Below, one piece after another: positions 10,063 through 19,467 of a stretch of DNA of 64,000 nucleotides. Position 1 is the first letter of the stretch. Every line of letters begins with the position of its first letter. A program made the position numbers and the translations under genes. The notes beneath the pieces were generated by a model, which was not told where the DNA came from, did no database searches, and saw nothing but the letters and a program-made list of their open reading frames with translations. Source of the DNA: an uncultured Alcaligenaceae bacterium. GTDB taxonomy: Bacteria > Planctomycetota > Planctomycetia > Gemmatales > Gemmataceae. The stretch spans positions 84,548 through 148,547 of the forward strand of contig CAYRFQ010000011.1 in assembly GCA_964423615.1 (NCBI GenBank). The letters run 5' to 3'.

Positions 10063-11709
10063 ATGCTTCGTTGCCAGGTCACTTTTAATCGAGAAACCCA
10101 ACACATCCACCACAAAGAAGGTGCGTTGGAATTTGGTCGCGGCCCCAAGCGTCCGCCCGTTCCTCGTTGTATGATTCCTGATCCTTACGTTTCCAAGGAT
10201 CACGTACGAGTCCATCCGCTCGGCAACGACACCATCATGGTGGAAAACCTGAGCCGCAAACAACCGATCTGGCTAACGTCCGAGGAAGCCATTGAACCTG
10301 GCCAATCGTTGAAACTCTCGCTCCCCACGAGGTTGCACCTGGGAGATTCGGTCATCGAGATCGAGTCCGACGAATATGACACGGTCGACCGCGATTTCCT
10401 CCAGACGATCGCTGCGCCCGTGGTGCGACTCGAACGACATGGCGATAATCCCAGTCTCCTTCGTCTTGGCGAGGTTCCGTCCGCCGAAACGCTTGTGCAT
10501 TGGTTCGAGGCCGTCATCGCGGTCCAGCGAGCCGCCGCCGGGAGTCCGGAGTTCTATCAACAAACGGCTCAAGCTCTCGTCGACCTTGTCGGAATGGATC
10601 GGGGACTCGTTTTGCTTCGTCATGGCGATGCCTGGAAAGTCGTCGCCAGGGCGTTTCTCGACGAGGGAGGTCCTGGCAGAGAGTTTAGCCAAACGATCTT
10701 GCAACAAGTCATCGAGGAACGCCGGACGTTCTACCAATCGGTCTCCAAGATCGCTCAAACGGACAGCTTGCAAGGCGTCCAGGCAGTCGTGGCGTCGCCC
10801 ATCTTCGACGCTCGGGAGGCCGTGGTCGGCGTCGTCTACGGGTCCCGGAGTCGCGGGGTCATCCAACGGGACATTGGGACGCTCGATGCTCAGGTCGTTC
10901 AAGTCTTGGCGGCGGCAGTCGGCAGCGGCCTTGAGAGGATGGAACGAGAACAGGAAGCCAACCGTATGCGTGTCGCCATGGAAGCGACCGCGCACGCCGA
11001 TCAGGCCAAGAGTCAATTTTTAGCGAACATGAGCCACGAACTTCGGACTCCTCTCAACGCCATCATAGGCTACAGCGAAATGCTCCAGGAAGAAGTTGCC
11101 GATGATGGGCAGGATGCCTACATGCCGGACTTACAGAAAATCCACAGTTCTGCCAAACATTTACTCGCGCTGATCAACGACATACTCGACCTTTCCAAGA
11201 TCGAAGCGGGGAAGATGGAGCTTTCGCTCGAAACGTTCGCTCTCGAACGTTTGGTCGAAGACGTCCGAGCCACCATCGAACCCCTTGCGGCCAAAAACTC
11301 CAACACGTTCCAGGTCGAGACGCAACCGAACCTCGGAGAGATGAATGCCGACGTCACACGGGTTCGACAGTGTTTGCTTAACTTGATTAGCAACGCGTGT
11401 AAATTCACGTCCGAAGGAATCATTCGGTTCGAGGTTGGCCTCGTTGCCAACGGCGGACAACGATGGGTGCAATTCGTCATCCAGGATACCGGCATCGGGA
11501 TGACCCCCGAACAACTCCAAAGGCTGTTCAAACGATTCGGGCAGGCCGACGCGTCCACGACTCGAAAATATGGCGGGACGGGGCTCGGACTTGTGATCAC
11601 GCGGCATCTCGCTCAGATGATGGGCGGGGATGTCACGGTACAAAGCGAAATCGGGAAGGGCTCGACGTTTACGATGTATATTCCGGTGAAGGTGCAACAG
11701 GCGAAATAG
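10063..11709 (+). CDS. FHA–GAF–histidine kinase (sensor kinase with N-terminal forkhead-associated domain)
   Basis: The N-terminus has an FHA signature (FGRGP...[11 protein letters not shown]...N). The middle region is GAF-like. The C-terminus has HisKA ([23 protein letters not shown]) and HATPase_c ([12 protein letters not shown]...[13 protein letters not shown]...GKGSTFT). Confidence 0.8.
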   Translation: MLRCQVTFNRETQHIHHKEGALEFGRGPKRPPVPRCMIPDPYVSKDHVRVHPLGNDTIMVENLSRKQPIWLTSEEAIEPGQSLKLSLPTRLHLGDSVIEIESDEYDTVDRDFLQTIAAPVVRLERHGDNPSLLRLGEVPSAETLVHWFEAVIAVQRAAAGSPEFYQQTAQALVDLVGMDRGLVLLRHGDAWKVVARAFLDEGGPGREFSQTILQQVIEERRTFYQSVSKIAQTDSLQGVQAVVASPIFDAREAVVGVVYGSRSRGVIQRDIGTLDAQVVQVLAAAVGSGLERMEREQEANRMRVAMEATAHADQAKSQFLANMSHELRTPLNAIIGYSEMLQEEVADDGQDAYMPDLQKIHSSAKHLLALINDILDLSKIEAGKMELSLETFALERLVEDVRATIEPLAAKNSNTFQVETQPNLGEMNADVTRVRQCLLNLISNACKFTSEGIIRFEVGLVANGGQRWVQFVIQDTGIGMTPEQLQRLFKRFGQADASTTRKYGGTGLGLVITRHLAQMMGGDVTVQSEIGKGSTFTMYIPVKVQQAK

Positions 11710-11892
11710 TGGTGCGGAGAAAGGACAAGTACCTGGCCATTCTGACCAGGTTACGATGACCTTGCCCTTCGGCCAAAAGAAAAAACGGTTCGGATGGATT
11801 CGTCGTCGTGGGTGAAAGGCGAATAGCCTGACCTTCCTAATTGCTGGGCTGACACTTCATTGACTGCACAGGTCTCAATGACTTCCTCCCGG

Positions 11893-12810
11893 TTATTCCT
11901 TCAATGTTGGCAACGTCTTTCCCTGAGCGGCTAATATCTGCGCCAGATTATCGATCGACAATCTCGGGTCGTCGAGCAATAAATTTCGCATCTCCGTCCG
12001 AACATAATCGGAGAGATTGTCGCCGGTCCAGCCTCGCTCGATCATCTTTTTGCTGACCGTTTCTTTCCACTGTTCACTAAGGGCGTCAGTGCGGCGGGAT
12101 ATAGTCCCTTCGTGGATTTCGAGAATCCCAGCGACGTCGCGTTGACTGAGGTTATATCGCAGACGGAGGCCGAGGATCAACAATTCCTTGTCGCCGATCG
12201 ATTGCAGCCATTCGCGAGCCGCTTCGCAAAAGACGTCGCGCCAGCGGTCAGGTTGGGGAGCCGGAATGGGGATGATGTCGTCTTCGGGAAGGGCCTGCTC
12301 GCCCTTCTTGTTGCGTAACTTCGATAGGTGATGATTCTGGAAGACCCGGATGAGCCACGGGATCAACGGACGGAGCCCGTCGTAGCGTTTCAAGACGGGA
12401 AGTCCTTGAGGGGTATCGGGCGGTATGAACAAGTTGCTCCAAAATTCGAGAACAGAACTCTCCTGGCGTTCTTCGTTGCGAGGATACAACCAAGCAGCCC
12501 GAGAACGTAAGGCATCCATTAAAAGGCAGTCGCTTCGGTAGGCTCTTGCAGCGAAAAGGTAATCCCAAGCCGGTTCGTTGCCTTCCAGGCAAGCCGCCGT
12601 GATGAACCAATCGAGCGGGTAGAGGTTGTCCAGGTAAAAGTCCCAGGTGATCGATTCGTCCTTGCTTTTGGACTGGTACAACTGGAAGGTGCGTTGCAGA
12701 TGGCCTTCGCACACATCGGGTGGCAAACTGACCGCTGGTAGTTGCATGCGGCAGAACGAGTACAACAGATCGACCCGTGCCTGGTCGGGGGCTCCAATGA
12801 CGTTTGACAT
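11893..12810 (-). CDS. ECF-type RNA polymerase sigma factor with long N-terminal extension
   Basis: A region-2.4-like segment (PLIPWLIRVFQNHHLSKLRNKKGE) and a region-4 helix-turn-helix (ELLILGLRLRYNLSQRDVAGILEIHEGTISRRTDAL) are present. About 140 aa precede the σ2 region. Confidence 0.55.
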   Translation of the reverse strand: MSNVIGAPDQARVDLLYSFCRMQLPAVSLPPDVCEGHLQRTFQLYQSKSKDESITWDFYLDNLYPLDWFITAACLEGNEPAWDYLFAARAYRSDCLLMDALRSRAAWLYPRNEERQESSVLEFWSNLFIPPDTPQGLPVLKRYDGLRPLIPWLIRVFQNHHLSKLRNKKGEQALPEDDIIPIPAPQPDRWRDVFCEAAREWLQSIGDKELLILGLRLRYNLSQRDVAGILEIHEGTISRRTDALSEQWKETVSKKMIERGWTGDNLSDYVRTEMRNLLLDDPRLSIDNLAQILAAQGKTLPTLKE

Positions 12811-12900
12811 TCGTTGAGGATAGCGTTCCAGTGTGATCCTGGCCAGTGATTTCCGACTAGAGAAATCCCCGGCACCCGCAGGCGTTCCTCTGCAGCAACA

Positions 12901-14394
12901 TTACTCCGGCACAAACACGATGATCTCGACTCGTGCCGTCGGCAGCTTTTTCTTCTCCGGAACAGGGGTTGGCCCCACTCCGCAGCCCAGAGCTTTGACG
13001 CGACGATTCGACCAGAACCAGTATCCCATGCGGTGAATTTTGTGATGGTCTTTCACAAAACCCATCACGGCTTTCGCTTGTTCCTCGGTCAGGCGTTTCG
13101 CGAACTCCGGTTTCTGTTTTGGATCGGCAAAGACGGCGATGACGACTTCGGATTTCTTTTCTTTGTGAGTGTTCAACCAATCCCCTGCCGCACGCAAGTT
13201 CCGCTGGCCCATGCGAGTGATCGTCGCGCGATCGTCCTCGAAGATTTGATAAATCGGATACACAATCCGGTGTCTTTTGCAATTCGGACGAACCAGCTCC
13301 TTGGTCAAGTCCACGACGTAGTTACGCACGATCGGCAGGCGTTTGACGGCGTCCGAATTTTGCTTCACGGAGCTGACCATTTGGCGAACATCTTTGAGTG
13401 ACTTGACCGTCTCCTGGTAGGCCGTTTTGTCTTTGAGGAATTTACCAAGCGAGCCTTGGCCCTCTTCAATGTTGGCCAGAGCGAGTTGGATTCTGTTGAG
13501 CGACGATGTGAAGTCTTTGTAGAGTTTTTCGTCCGTCAAAAGCTTGCCGAGCGTCCCTTTGCCGTTTTGGAGATTATCGATCGTCACGTCAGCCTTGGCC
13601 AAAATCGTGTTCAGTTTGTCGGTGGCCTTCCGCAGGTCGGCGGTCGCCTTTCCGACCGGTCCGTCTCCTTCGTTGTAAGCGACGACAGCTTTGTTGGCTT
13701 CGGTGATGACCTTGTCGAGTTTATCGGTGGTCTGTTTGAGTTCCATGGCCACCGAGCCAATTGGTCCTTTGCCGGTGTTGTACTCCCGGAGGGCCTGGTC
13801 GGCACGGTCGACGACGGTCACAAGTTTTTTCGTTGCCTGGGAGAGATCCTTGGCGGCGCTGCCAATTGGTCCCTTTCCCTGCTCGTAGTTTTCGGTGGCC
13901 CGATCGACACGATCGACGATTCGGATGAGTTTTTCGCTGACCTGACTCAGGTTGCCCGTTGTTGTCGAAAGGTTGGCAAACATTCCCTCCTGGGGAGAGT
14001 TCGGTAAGAGGGCGTTTTCTCCGATGGCTTCGGCGGATTTGCCATTAACGATCCGGATGACGTTCGCGGACATAGGACCGTTGCTGGTGATTTGGGCATG
14101 GGAGCCCTTTCGGATGATTTTGCGAAACCGCCCCTTGAGGTGCAGGACCAAAACCACATGTCCTGGCTCTTCCAATTGGACCTCCGTCACTTCCCCAGCA
14201 TCGACGCCTTGGACTTCGACTCGGGTTCCGACCTCGACCCCCGATACGTCAGGGAAGCTCGCGCGGAGGCGGAAGGCATTTCCGAGCCAATCGCGACTTC
14301 CGACCAGGAACAGCCCGACCGAACCGAGTGCCAAGGTGACCAGGACCACGAGTCCCAAAACCGTTGCTTGCCAAGGGGTGAGTGATCGAGACAC
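12901..14394 (-). CDS. MCE/MlaD-family protein fused to C-terminal OmpA-like peptidoglycan-binding domain
   Basis: An N-terminal TM helix (LGLVVLVTLALGSVGLFLVG) is followed by an Mce domain (ASFPDVSGVEVGTRVEVQGVDAGEVTEV). Five ~28-34-aa helical repeats follow (YEQGKGPIGS..., YNTGKGPIGS..., YNEGDGPVGK..., NGKGTLGK..., EGQGSLGK...). The C-terminus resembles OmpA_C (...RLTEEQAKAV..., NRRVKAL..., RVEIIVF). Confidence 0.65.
   Translation of the reverse strand: MSRSLTPWQATVLGLVVLVTLALGSVGLFLVGSRDWLGNAFRLRASFPDVSGVEVGTRVEVQGVDAGEVTEVQLEEPGHVVLVLHLKGRFRKIIRKGSHAQITSNGPMSANVIRIVNGKSAEAIGENALLPNSPQEGMFANLSTTTGNLSQVSEKLIRIVDRVDRATENYEQGKGPIGSAAKDLSQATKKLVTVVDRADQALREYNTGKGPIGSVAMELKQTTDKLDKVITEANKAVVAYNEGDGPVGKATADLRKATDKLNTILAKADVTIDNLQNGKGTLGKLLTDEKLYKDFTSSLNRIQLALANIEEGQGSLGKFLKDKTAYQETVKSLKDVRQMVSSVKQNSDAVKRLPIVRNYVVDLTKELVRPNCKRHRIVYPIYQIFEDDRATITRMGQRNLRAAGDWLNTHKEKKSEVVIAVFADPKQKPEFAKRLTEEQAKAVMGFVKDHHKIHRMGYWFWSNRRVKALGCGVGPTPVPEKKKLPTARVEIIVFVPE
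13400..13950 (-). repeat. Intragenic tandem coding repeats (~28-34 codons ×5) within the MCE gene
   Basis: The G(K/D)GP(I/V)G(S/K) motif recurs in the translated protein, which implies periodic nucleotide repeats. The coordinates are approximate. Confidence 0.45.
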
Positions 14395-14833
14395 AATGAA
14401 GCTCCCTTGTTTGGAGAATTAGAACGGCCAACAAGCGTCGCTCCATTATAGGATCGATAATCGCTCGGGGGAATTGGTCGGAGAGTTTACCAAGAAGAAG
14501 AGAAAAGTCTGCTGTCTAGCTATGGTACAGAGGAGGAAATATCTCTCATCATGCCCTCTACAGCTTTACCAGATTCTCAAGGCATGCACAAGCCGGGCAG
14601 ACAGAGGTGGTGATTCTTAGGGTGTGCCTCTGGGTTTTGAAATTCTGTGTTCGTTGTAGGCACAAGTGCGCCATGTGGGTCCACGATTGCCCGGCAAATC
14701 CAAGTTCCACAATTCAGAGGAGGACGAGATTCTTTTGGACCTTCCAGTGATTGTTTTCAGGTGTGATGAGCAAGGCGTGGCGAAGCGAGGGAACACCAAC
14801 AAACCTCGGTCGTTGAGCGTTCCCAGGCCGAAA

Positions 14834-17539
14834 TCACGACGTTTGTGACTCGGTTCTCAATCGTAACCGAGCGAGTGCCCCCTTGGCGTCGTTGGTCAAC
14901 GGTGCACCGGGTGCTCCCTCGGCGAGGGTCGAGAGTAACTGGCGAGCTTCTTCGTTTCCGATCCATTCGAGGATTTCCACCCCACGCATGTCCGCCAACC
15001 GAGTGGGAGTCACGACAGGACGACGGGCCTCTCGCAACAACTTCGTAATCCGCGTTCGGAGTTCTCTTGAACTCGTCTTCTCCAATTTGGGTTGAAGATA
15101 CTCGATGGCTTGCGTCCCAAGTTTTTTGAGTTGTAGCGTCGCCGTCTCGCGAATCTTGTATCGGTTGCTGTCAAGTTGCTCGATCCAACGAAGTATATCT
15201 TTCTCGGTGACGGCGTTTCCATCGGCCGGTCGAAGGGTCTTCTTCAAGTGAGCCAACGCGACGTCGGGGTGAGCGACTAACTTCCCAACGGCTTCATGCG
15301 CCGCAGTCGCATTGTCGGCTTGGAGGGCGTTGGTAAGGCGTTCGATTTCTGCTTTCGTCAATTCCTTCTTCCTGGATGTGCCGTATTTTCGTTGGCCGGT
15401 CAAGTCCCAGAACAAAATGGTCGTGTCGTAGCTGCCCGTTGCCAGAACTCGACAGTCGGGGGAGAAAGCGACGCTGGAGACCATGCCTCTGTGGCCATGG
15501 AACATCGATCGCCGCTTCCCCGTTGCCGCTTCCCAGACGTGGATGTACGCCAGATATCCAGTCGAGGACGAAGAGGTGTAGCTCGTCGCCACTACAAAGC
15601 GTCCATCGGGAGAGAACGCCACGTTTTGATGACTGGAACTGGAACTCTCGAGGTCTCGGATTTTGCTTCCGTTGCTGGCATCGTACACGGCCAACTGGTT
15701 TTTCTCATTGTCCAGGATGACGAGGTTGCCGTCGGGCGAGAAGGCCGGGGCTTGGGTGCTGCTAGAATTTCGGTCTATGCGGAAGAGTTCTTTTCGCTTC
15801 GTCAAGTCCCAAACGGCAACGCTGGATGTCGAGCGTCCCGTTTGTCCGTCGTAGGTTCTCCACGAGAGAGCCAACCTTTTGTTGTTCGGGGAGAAACCCA
15901 TCTGGCCGGATTGGATGCCGCCGTTCCACCGATTAATCACCTTTTCGATCACCTTGATCCGAGCGACCTCCTCGCCAGAAAGAGTGTTCCAGACGCTCAC
16001 CATTCCAGGGTAGAGGAAGCAACCGACGCGAGACCCATCCTGGGAGATGGCTGGGGAATTCGCACTCGACTGAGAATTCGAATCGAAGTCGAAGAGGACT
16101 CGGTTTGCGTCGAGGTCCCAAAATTGAACGGTTCGATTGCTGTAAGAGCTCACGGTGGCCATGTACTTGCCGTTCACCGAGAACCTGGGGGTTTGAAAGG
16201 CATTGGCGTTTGGATTCGGACGATATCCGCTGGGATACGCCGAATCGAAATCGACTCGTTGGCGACGAAGGGGTTTGCGCGACTTGACGTCCCAGGAGCA
16301 TACGTAGCCGTATTGATCGACGGATCGGAGTGTTCGTCCTTTGGACCCGAAAGCCAAGGCACTGACGGTGTGATAATGGCCGCTGAGAGGGGTGAACACT
16401 TTTCCGGTCAGGACGTCCCAAACGCACAGGACTTGTTGGTTGCGGCCATAACCCAAGATTTTCCCGTCTTTGCGGAACATGACGCCTGTTTGGAAGCATA
16501 ACGGCCCCGGTTTCGTGCGCACCCGAGTTTGTTTCTTGCGGTCCCAAATCTGGACATCGCCGTTATTCCCAGCCGCCGCCAAGTAACGTCCATCTGCCGA
16601 ATATTTCAAGAAGGTTCCCAACCCTCGGCGACCCGCAAAGCGTCGCTTGAGTTTACCGGTTTTCACGTCGTACAAGCTCAGTGTGGACGAACCGTTGATC
16701 AATGCCAGTTCTTCTCCGTCGGGCGAAAAGGCGACCGTATTGAGGACAGTCGAGTCGGTTTCGATTCGTCGGATTTCTTTGCTCGTGGAAACGTCCCAAA
16801 GCTGAAGTGTGACGGGTGGTTGTGTCGGGCGATTTTGGTAGGTTCCCCAGGAAAGGATGATCTTTCCGTCGGGAGAGAAAATGCCGCGAGGTTGGTAGTC
16901 TTGCATCACTTGAAGAGTCCCGACGGATTTCCCGTCGGTCACATTCCAGACGTAGATCGTGTTGCCTCGGTTGTACCTTCCGGGTGCGGCTAGGAGTAGT
17001 TTGTTGTCGGGAGAGAATTCGACGGTCGACCAGGACGAACTCGTCCGCACGGCGGGACGGAAATAGCGGATTCTTCTTCCCGTTTTGGTGTCGTAGATTT
17101 GGACTTGGTTGTAGCCACCCACGGCGAGCTTTTTGCCATCCGGAGACAAAGCCGATCCGTAGGAGCTTGTGTTTACAGGAATTCTTCGGATTTGCTTTCC
17201 GGTGGCAACTTCGATGATAGCCGTGCCGGAATTAGTGGTCACCGCTACGGTCTTTCCATCGCCCGACGGAATCATCCGTTGCACGTACTGGTCCAATCGA
17301 AACTCGACCGAGCCCAAGCGTCCGAGGGCTTCTTTCGGGAGGGCTGTTGGTGAAAGCGTGCTGTTCGACAACCTTCCACCTCCGCCCGGTTGCGGGTAGT
17401 AGGGCCCCCCTGGTCCGATTGGCCCGATCCCTGGCGGTGGAGGAATGTTTGGGATTTGAGGTTGGGCAACAGCGGAATAGTGGGTGGCAGGGAAGGCAAG
17501 CACTACCCACAAAAGGTACGTGCGAAGTTGGAAGCGCAT
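14834..17539 (-). CDS. Secreted WD40 β-propeller protein (Pro/Gly-rich linker) with conserved C-terminal α-helical module
   Basis: A signal peptide (MRFQLRTYLLWVVLAFPATHYSAVAQP) is followed by a PPPGIGPIGPGGPYYPQPGGGG linker and then more than 12 WD repeats (AFSPDG..., ...VWDL..., ...FWDL...). The ~180-aa C-terminus aligns with the C-terminus of the 5023..7464 protein. Confidence 0.75.
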   Translation of the reverse strand: MRFQLRTYLLWVVLAFPATHYSAVAQPQIPNIPPPPGIGPIGPGGPYYPQPGGGGRLSNSTLSPTALPKEALGRLGSVEFRLDQYVQRMIPSGDGKTVAVTTNSGTAIIEVATGKQIRRIPVNTSSYGSALSPDGKKLAVGGYNQVQIYDTKTGRRIRYFRPAVRTSSSWSTVEFSPDNKLLLAAPGRYNRGNTIYVWNVTDGKSVGTLQVMQDYQPRGIFSPDGKIILSWGTYQNRPTQPPVTLQLWDVSTSKEIRRIETDSTVLNTVAFSPDGEELALINGSSTLSLYDVKTGKLKRRFAGRRGLGTFLKYSADGRYLAAAGNNGDVQIWDRKKQTRVRTKPGPLCFQTGVMFRKDGKILGYGRNQQVLCVWDVLTGKVFTPLSGHYHTVSALAFGSKGRTLRSVDQYGYVCSWDVKSRKPLRRQRVDFDSAYPSGYRPNPNANAFQTPRFSVNGKYMATVSSYSNRTVQFWDLDANRVLFDFDSNSQSSANSPAISQDGSRVGCFLYPGMVSVWNTLSGEEVARIKVIEKVINRWNGGIQSGQMGFSPNNKRLALSWRTYDGQTGRSTSSVAVWDLTKRKELFRIDRNSSSTQAPAFSPDGNLVILDNEKNQLAVYDASNGSKIRDLESSSSSHQNVAFSPDGRFVVATSYTSSSSTGYLAYIHVWEAATGKRRSMFHGHRGMVSSVAFSPDCRVLATGSYDTTILFWDLTGQRKYGTSRKKELTKAEIERLTNALQADNATAAHEAVGKLVAHPDVALAHLKKTLRPADGNAVTEKDILRWIEQLDSNRYKIRETATLQLKKLGTQAIEYLQPKLEKTSSRELRTRITKLLREARRPVVTPTRLADMRGVEILEWIGNEEARQLLSTLAEGAPGAPLTNDAKGALARLRLRTESQTS

Positions 17540-18684
17540 ACCCAGATTCTCCGAAATCTAGCGGTAAGTCGATCTACGTGGTGAGAACGAAGCTCAGTTC
17601 GAGCTTTCTGACATCGTTCGGGTTCGTCGGAACAAAAGAAAAAGTCCGATTGAGGGAACGACGATTCCAGATAAACTTTGGTTTTTTGAGAAGTCTATTC
17701 GAAAAGTATGGTATCGCAAACGACGGCCGTTCGCCAGAGGAATGTGAGCTAAGGGCACCGCCCAATATCTTCGTTCGACGAGAATGGCCGGTTAGAGAAG
17801 TTGCGCTCTTCGGTCTGGATGAGCGAGCGATGGATCGACTGTGTCGATGATTTTCGTGTCCACCAGAGTTCGGGATGGGCTTGGCCGTGAAAACGAAACT
17901 GCTGGAGTCATTTTTGGAATGTTATTGAGAACTGCGTGACTACTTGAGCAGGCACGCTCGAAACGGAAAGTGCACAGGTGTTGTTTTTTTGTAGATGGTT
18001 AGGAAAATGCGTCGGTGCCTTTCGCAACTTAACGTTGGGAAACACGTTACCTATTGAGCACTGCGAGGGCAATGCAACGGTCGTTGATGACCTTTGACGT
18101 AAGACGACCGAAGCTCCGTAGCCTAGCCCTACCAAGAGACGAACGGCAAGATAAGAGAGTGCTTGCTACTTTTTCCAAAATCGAATGGAGTGACTAATCG
18201 AAATGGTTCTCTCGACAAAGCGGAGAGACTGGTTATAATTAAGGAGGAAGTGATAGCGTGAGGAGGCCGACTCGCAAAAGCCTGCCTCACGCTGGTGCTG
18301 AAAGGAAGAGTTTGGTGTGAATAGTGCGTTGTGAGGTATCTTGGATTGGGACTCGCATCCAATCCGCATCTGTAAGGAGCAACAGGCGTACCACTCGCTC
18401 GAATAGCCCTTTTGTTTTCTGCATTTGTTACATAAAGCCATTTCTGACAACAGTTTACATTTATATTTTTTCGGCATTCTGTCTTTCGATTTTTTCGTCA
18501 GAATCATTATTCTGCTCAGTCTGGATGATTCCGCAACAAGTGACTGAAGCGTAATTGCTCGAAATGCGCTATTTTGCATCTCCGTACAAAATCGTTCCAA
18601 TCGGCGCAAATTCCCCCAAACTTGCCCTTCCCGTCGCCATGAATAGATCAACGAAAAGATCACTTGGAACGGGTGGATTCTCCT

Positions 18685-19455
18685 ATGGCAACACCTTCTG
18701 CTTTGATATTGCGGTCTCCTGGTGCAAATTGCGACATCGAAACTCAGTTTGCGTTCGAGCAAGCTGGAGCCATCGCGGATCGCGTGCACATCAACCGGCT
18801 TCGAGAACAGCCAGCTCTGTTGCACAAGTATCAGATTCTGGTAATCCCCGGTGGCTTCAGCTACGGCGACGATGTTGCCGGTGGTAAAATTTTGGCGAAC
18901 CAGCTTCGACACCTCTTGGCCGAGACGATCCAGGAATTTCGCGACCTTGACCGTCTTATTCTGGGTATCTGCAATGGTTTTCAGGCTTTACTCAAAGCTG
19001 GTTTAATCGTTCCTCCCGACGAAGACGGGCCATTGGTGACGTTGACCCATAATGATTCGGGACGGTACGAAGATCGCTGGGTGCATCTCTCTGTAAACGC
19101 CGACAAGTCGCCATTTCTAGTCGACGACGCGCCGATGTATTTGCCGGTTGCTCATGGAGAAGGCAAAATCAAATACCGCGAAGAGTGGATTGGGATGGGA
19201 CTGACCCAGAGCGGGCAAGCATTGTTGAAATATGTTGGGCCGGATGGAAAGCCCGGCGACTTTCCTGTGAATCCCAATGGTTCTGAGGAGCACACGGCTG
19301 GACTGTGTGATGCGACTGGTCGTGTGTTTGGGCTCATGCCGCATCCCGAGCGATATGTGTTGCCGACACACCATCCTCGGTGGACAAGATTGGGCCTGTC
19401 TGAGGAACCCGATGGATTACGCATCTTCCGAAACGCCGTGCAGTATTTCGAATGA
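18685..19455 (+). CDS. purQ: Phosphoribosylformylglycinamidine synthase subunit PurQ (glutaminase)
   Basis: The class-I glutamine amidotransferase fold shows a nucleophile elbow (GICNGFQAL) and the His/Glu pair (MPHPER). Size and layout fit PurQ. The start is trimmed to MATPSALIL. Confidence 0.75.
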   Translation: MATPSALILRSPGANCDIETQFAFEQAGAIADRVHINRLREQPALLHKYQILVIPGGFSYGDDVAGGKILANQLRHLLAETIQEFRDLDRLILGICNGFQALLKAGLIVPPDEDGPLVTLTHNDSGRYEDRWVHLSVNADKSPFLVDDAPMYLPVAHGEGKIKYREEWIGMGLTQSGQALLKYVGPDGKPGDFPVNPNGSEEHTAGLCDATGRVFGLMPHPERYVLPTHHPRWTRLGLSEEPDGLRIFRNAVQYFE

Positions 19456-19467
19456 GACGGCGGGTTG

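Noticed and set aside
10273-11023. A 247-aa ORF on the minus strand and a 215-aa ORF on the plus strand inside the histidine kinase gene
   Set aside because: They overlap the FHA–GAF–HK CDS in alternative frames. Their content is Arg/Ser-rich and low-complexity, with no domain signatures.
14585-14700. A possible fourth, degenerate copy of the structured repeat (GGGTGTGCCTCTGGGTTTTG…GGCACAAGTG)
   Set aside because: It shares only short words (CTGGGTTTTG, a GTGCC/GGCAC stem) with the three clear copies. That is insufficient to call by eye.
15296-16501. A 401-aa plus-strand ORF
   Set aside because: It is antisense inside the WD40 gene 14834..17539, and its composition is Arg/Gly-rich junk.
18166-18912. 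A 248-aa minus-strand ORF spanning the AT-rich intergenic region and the purQ start
   Set aside because: It overlaps the purQ N-terminus. Its translation is Cys/Arg-rich with no fold signal. The region is treated as non-coding.
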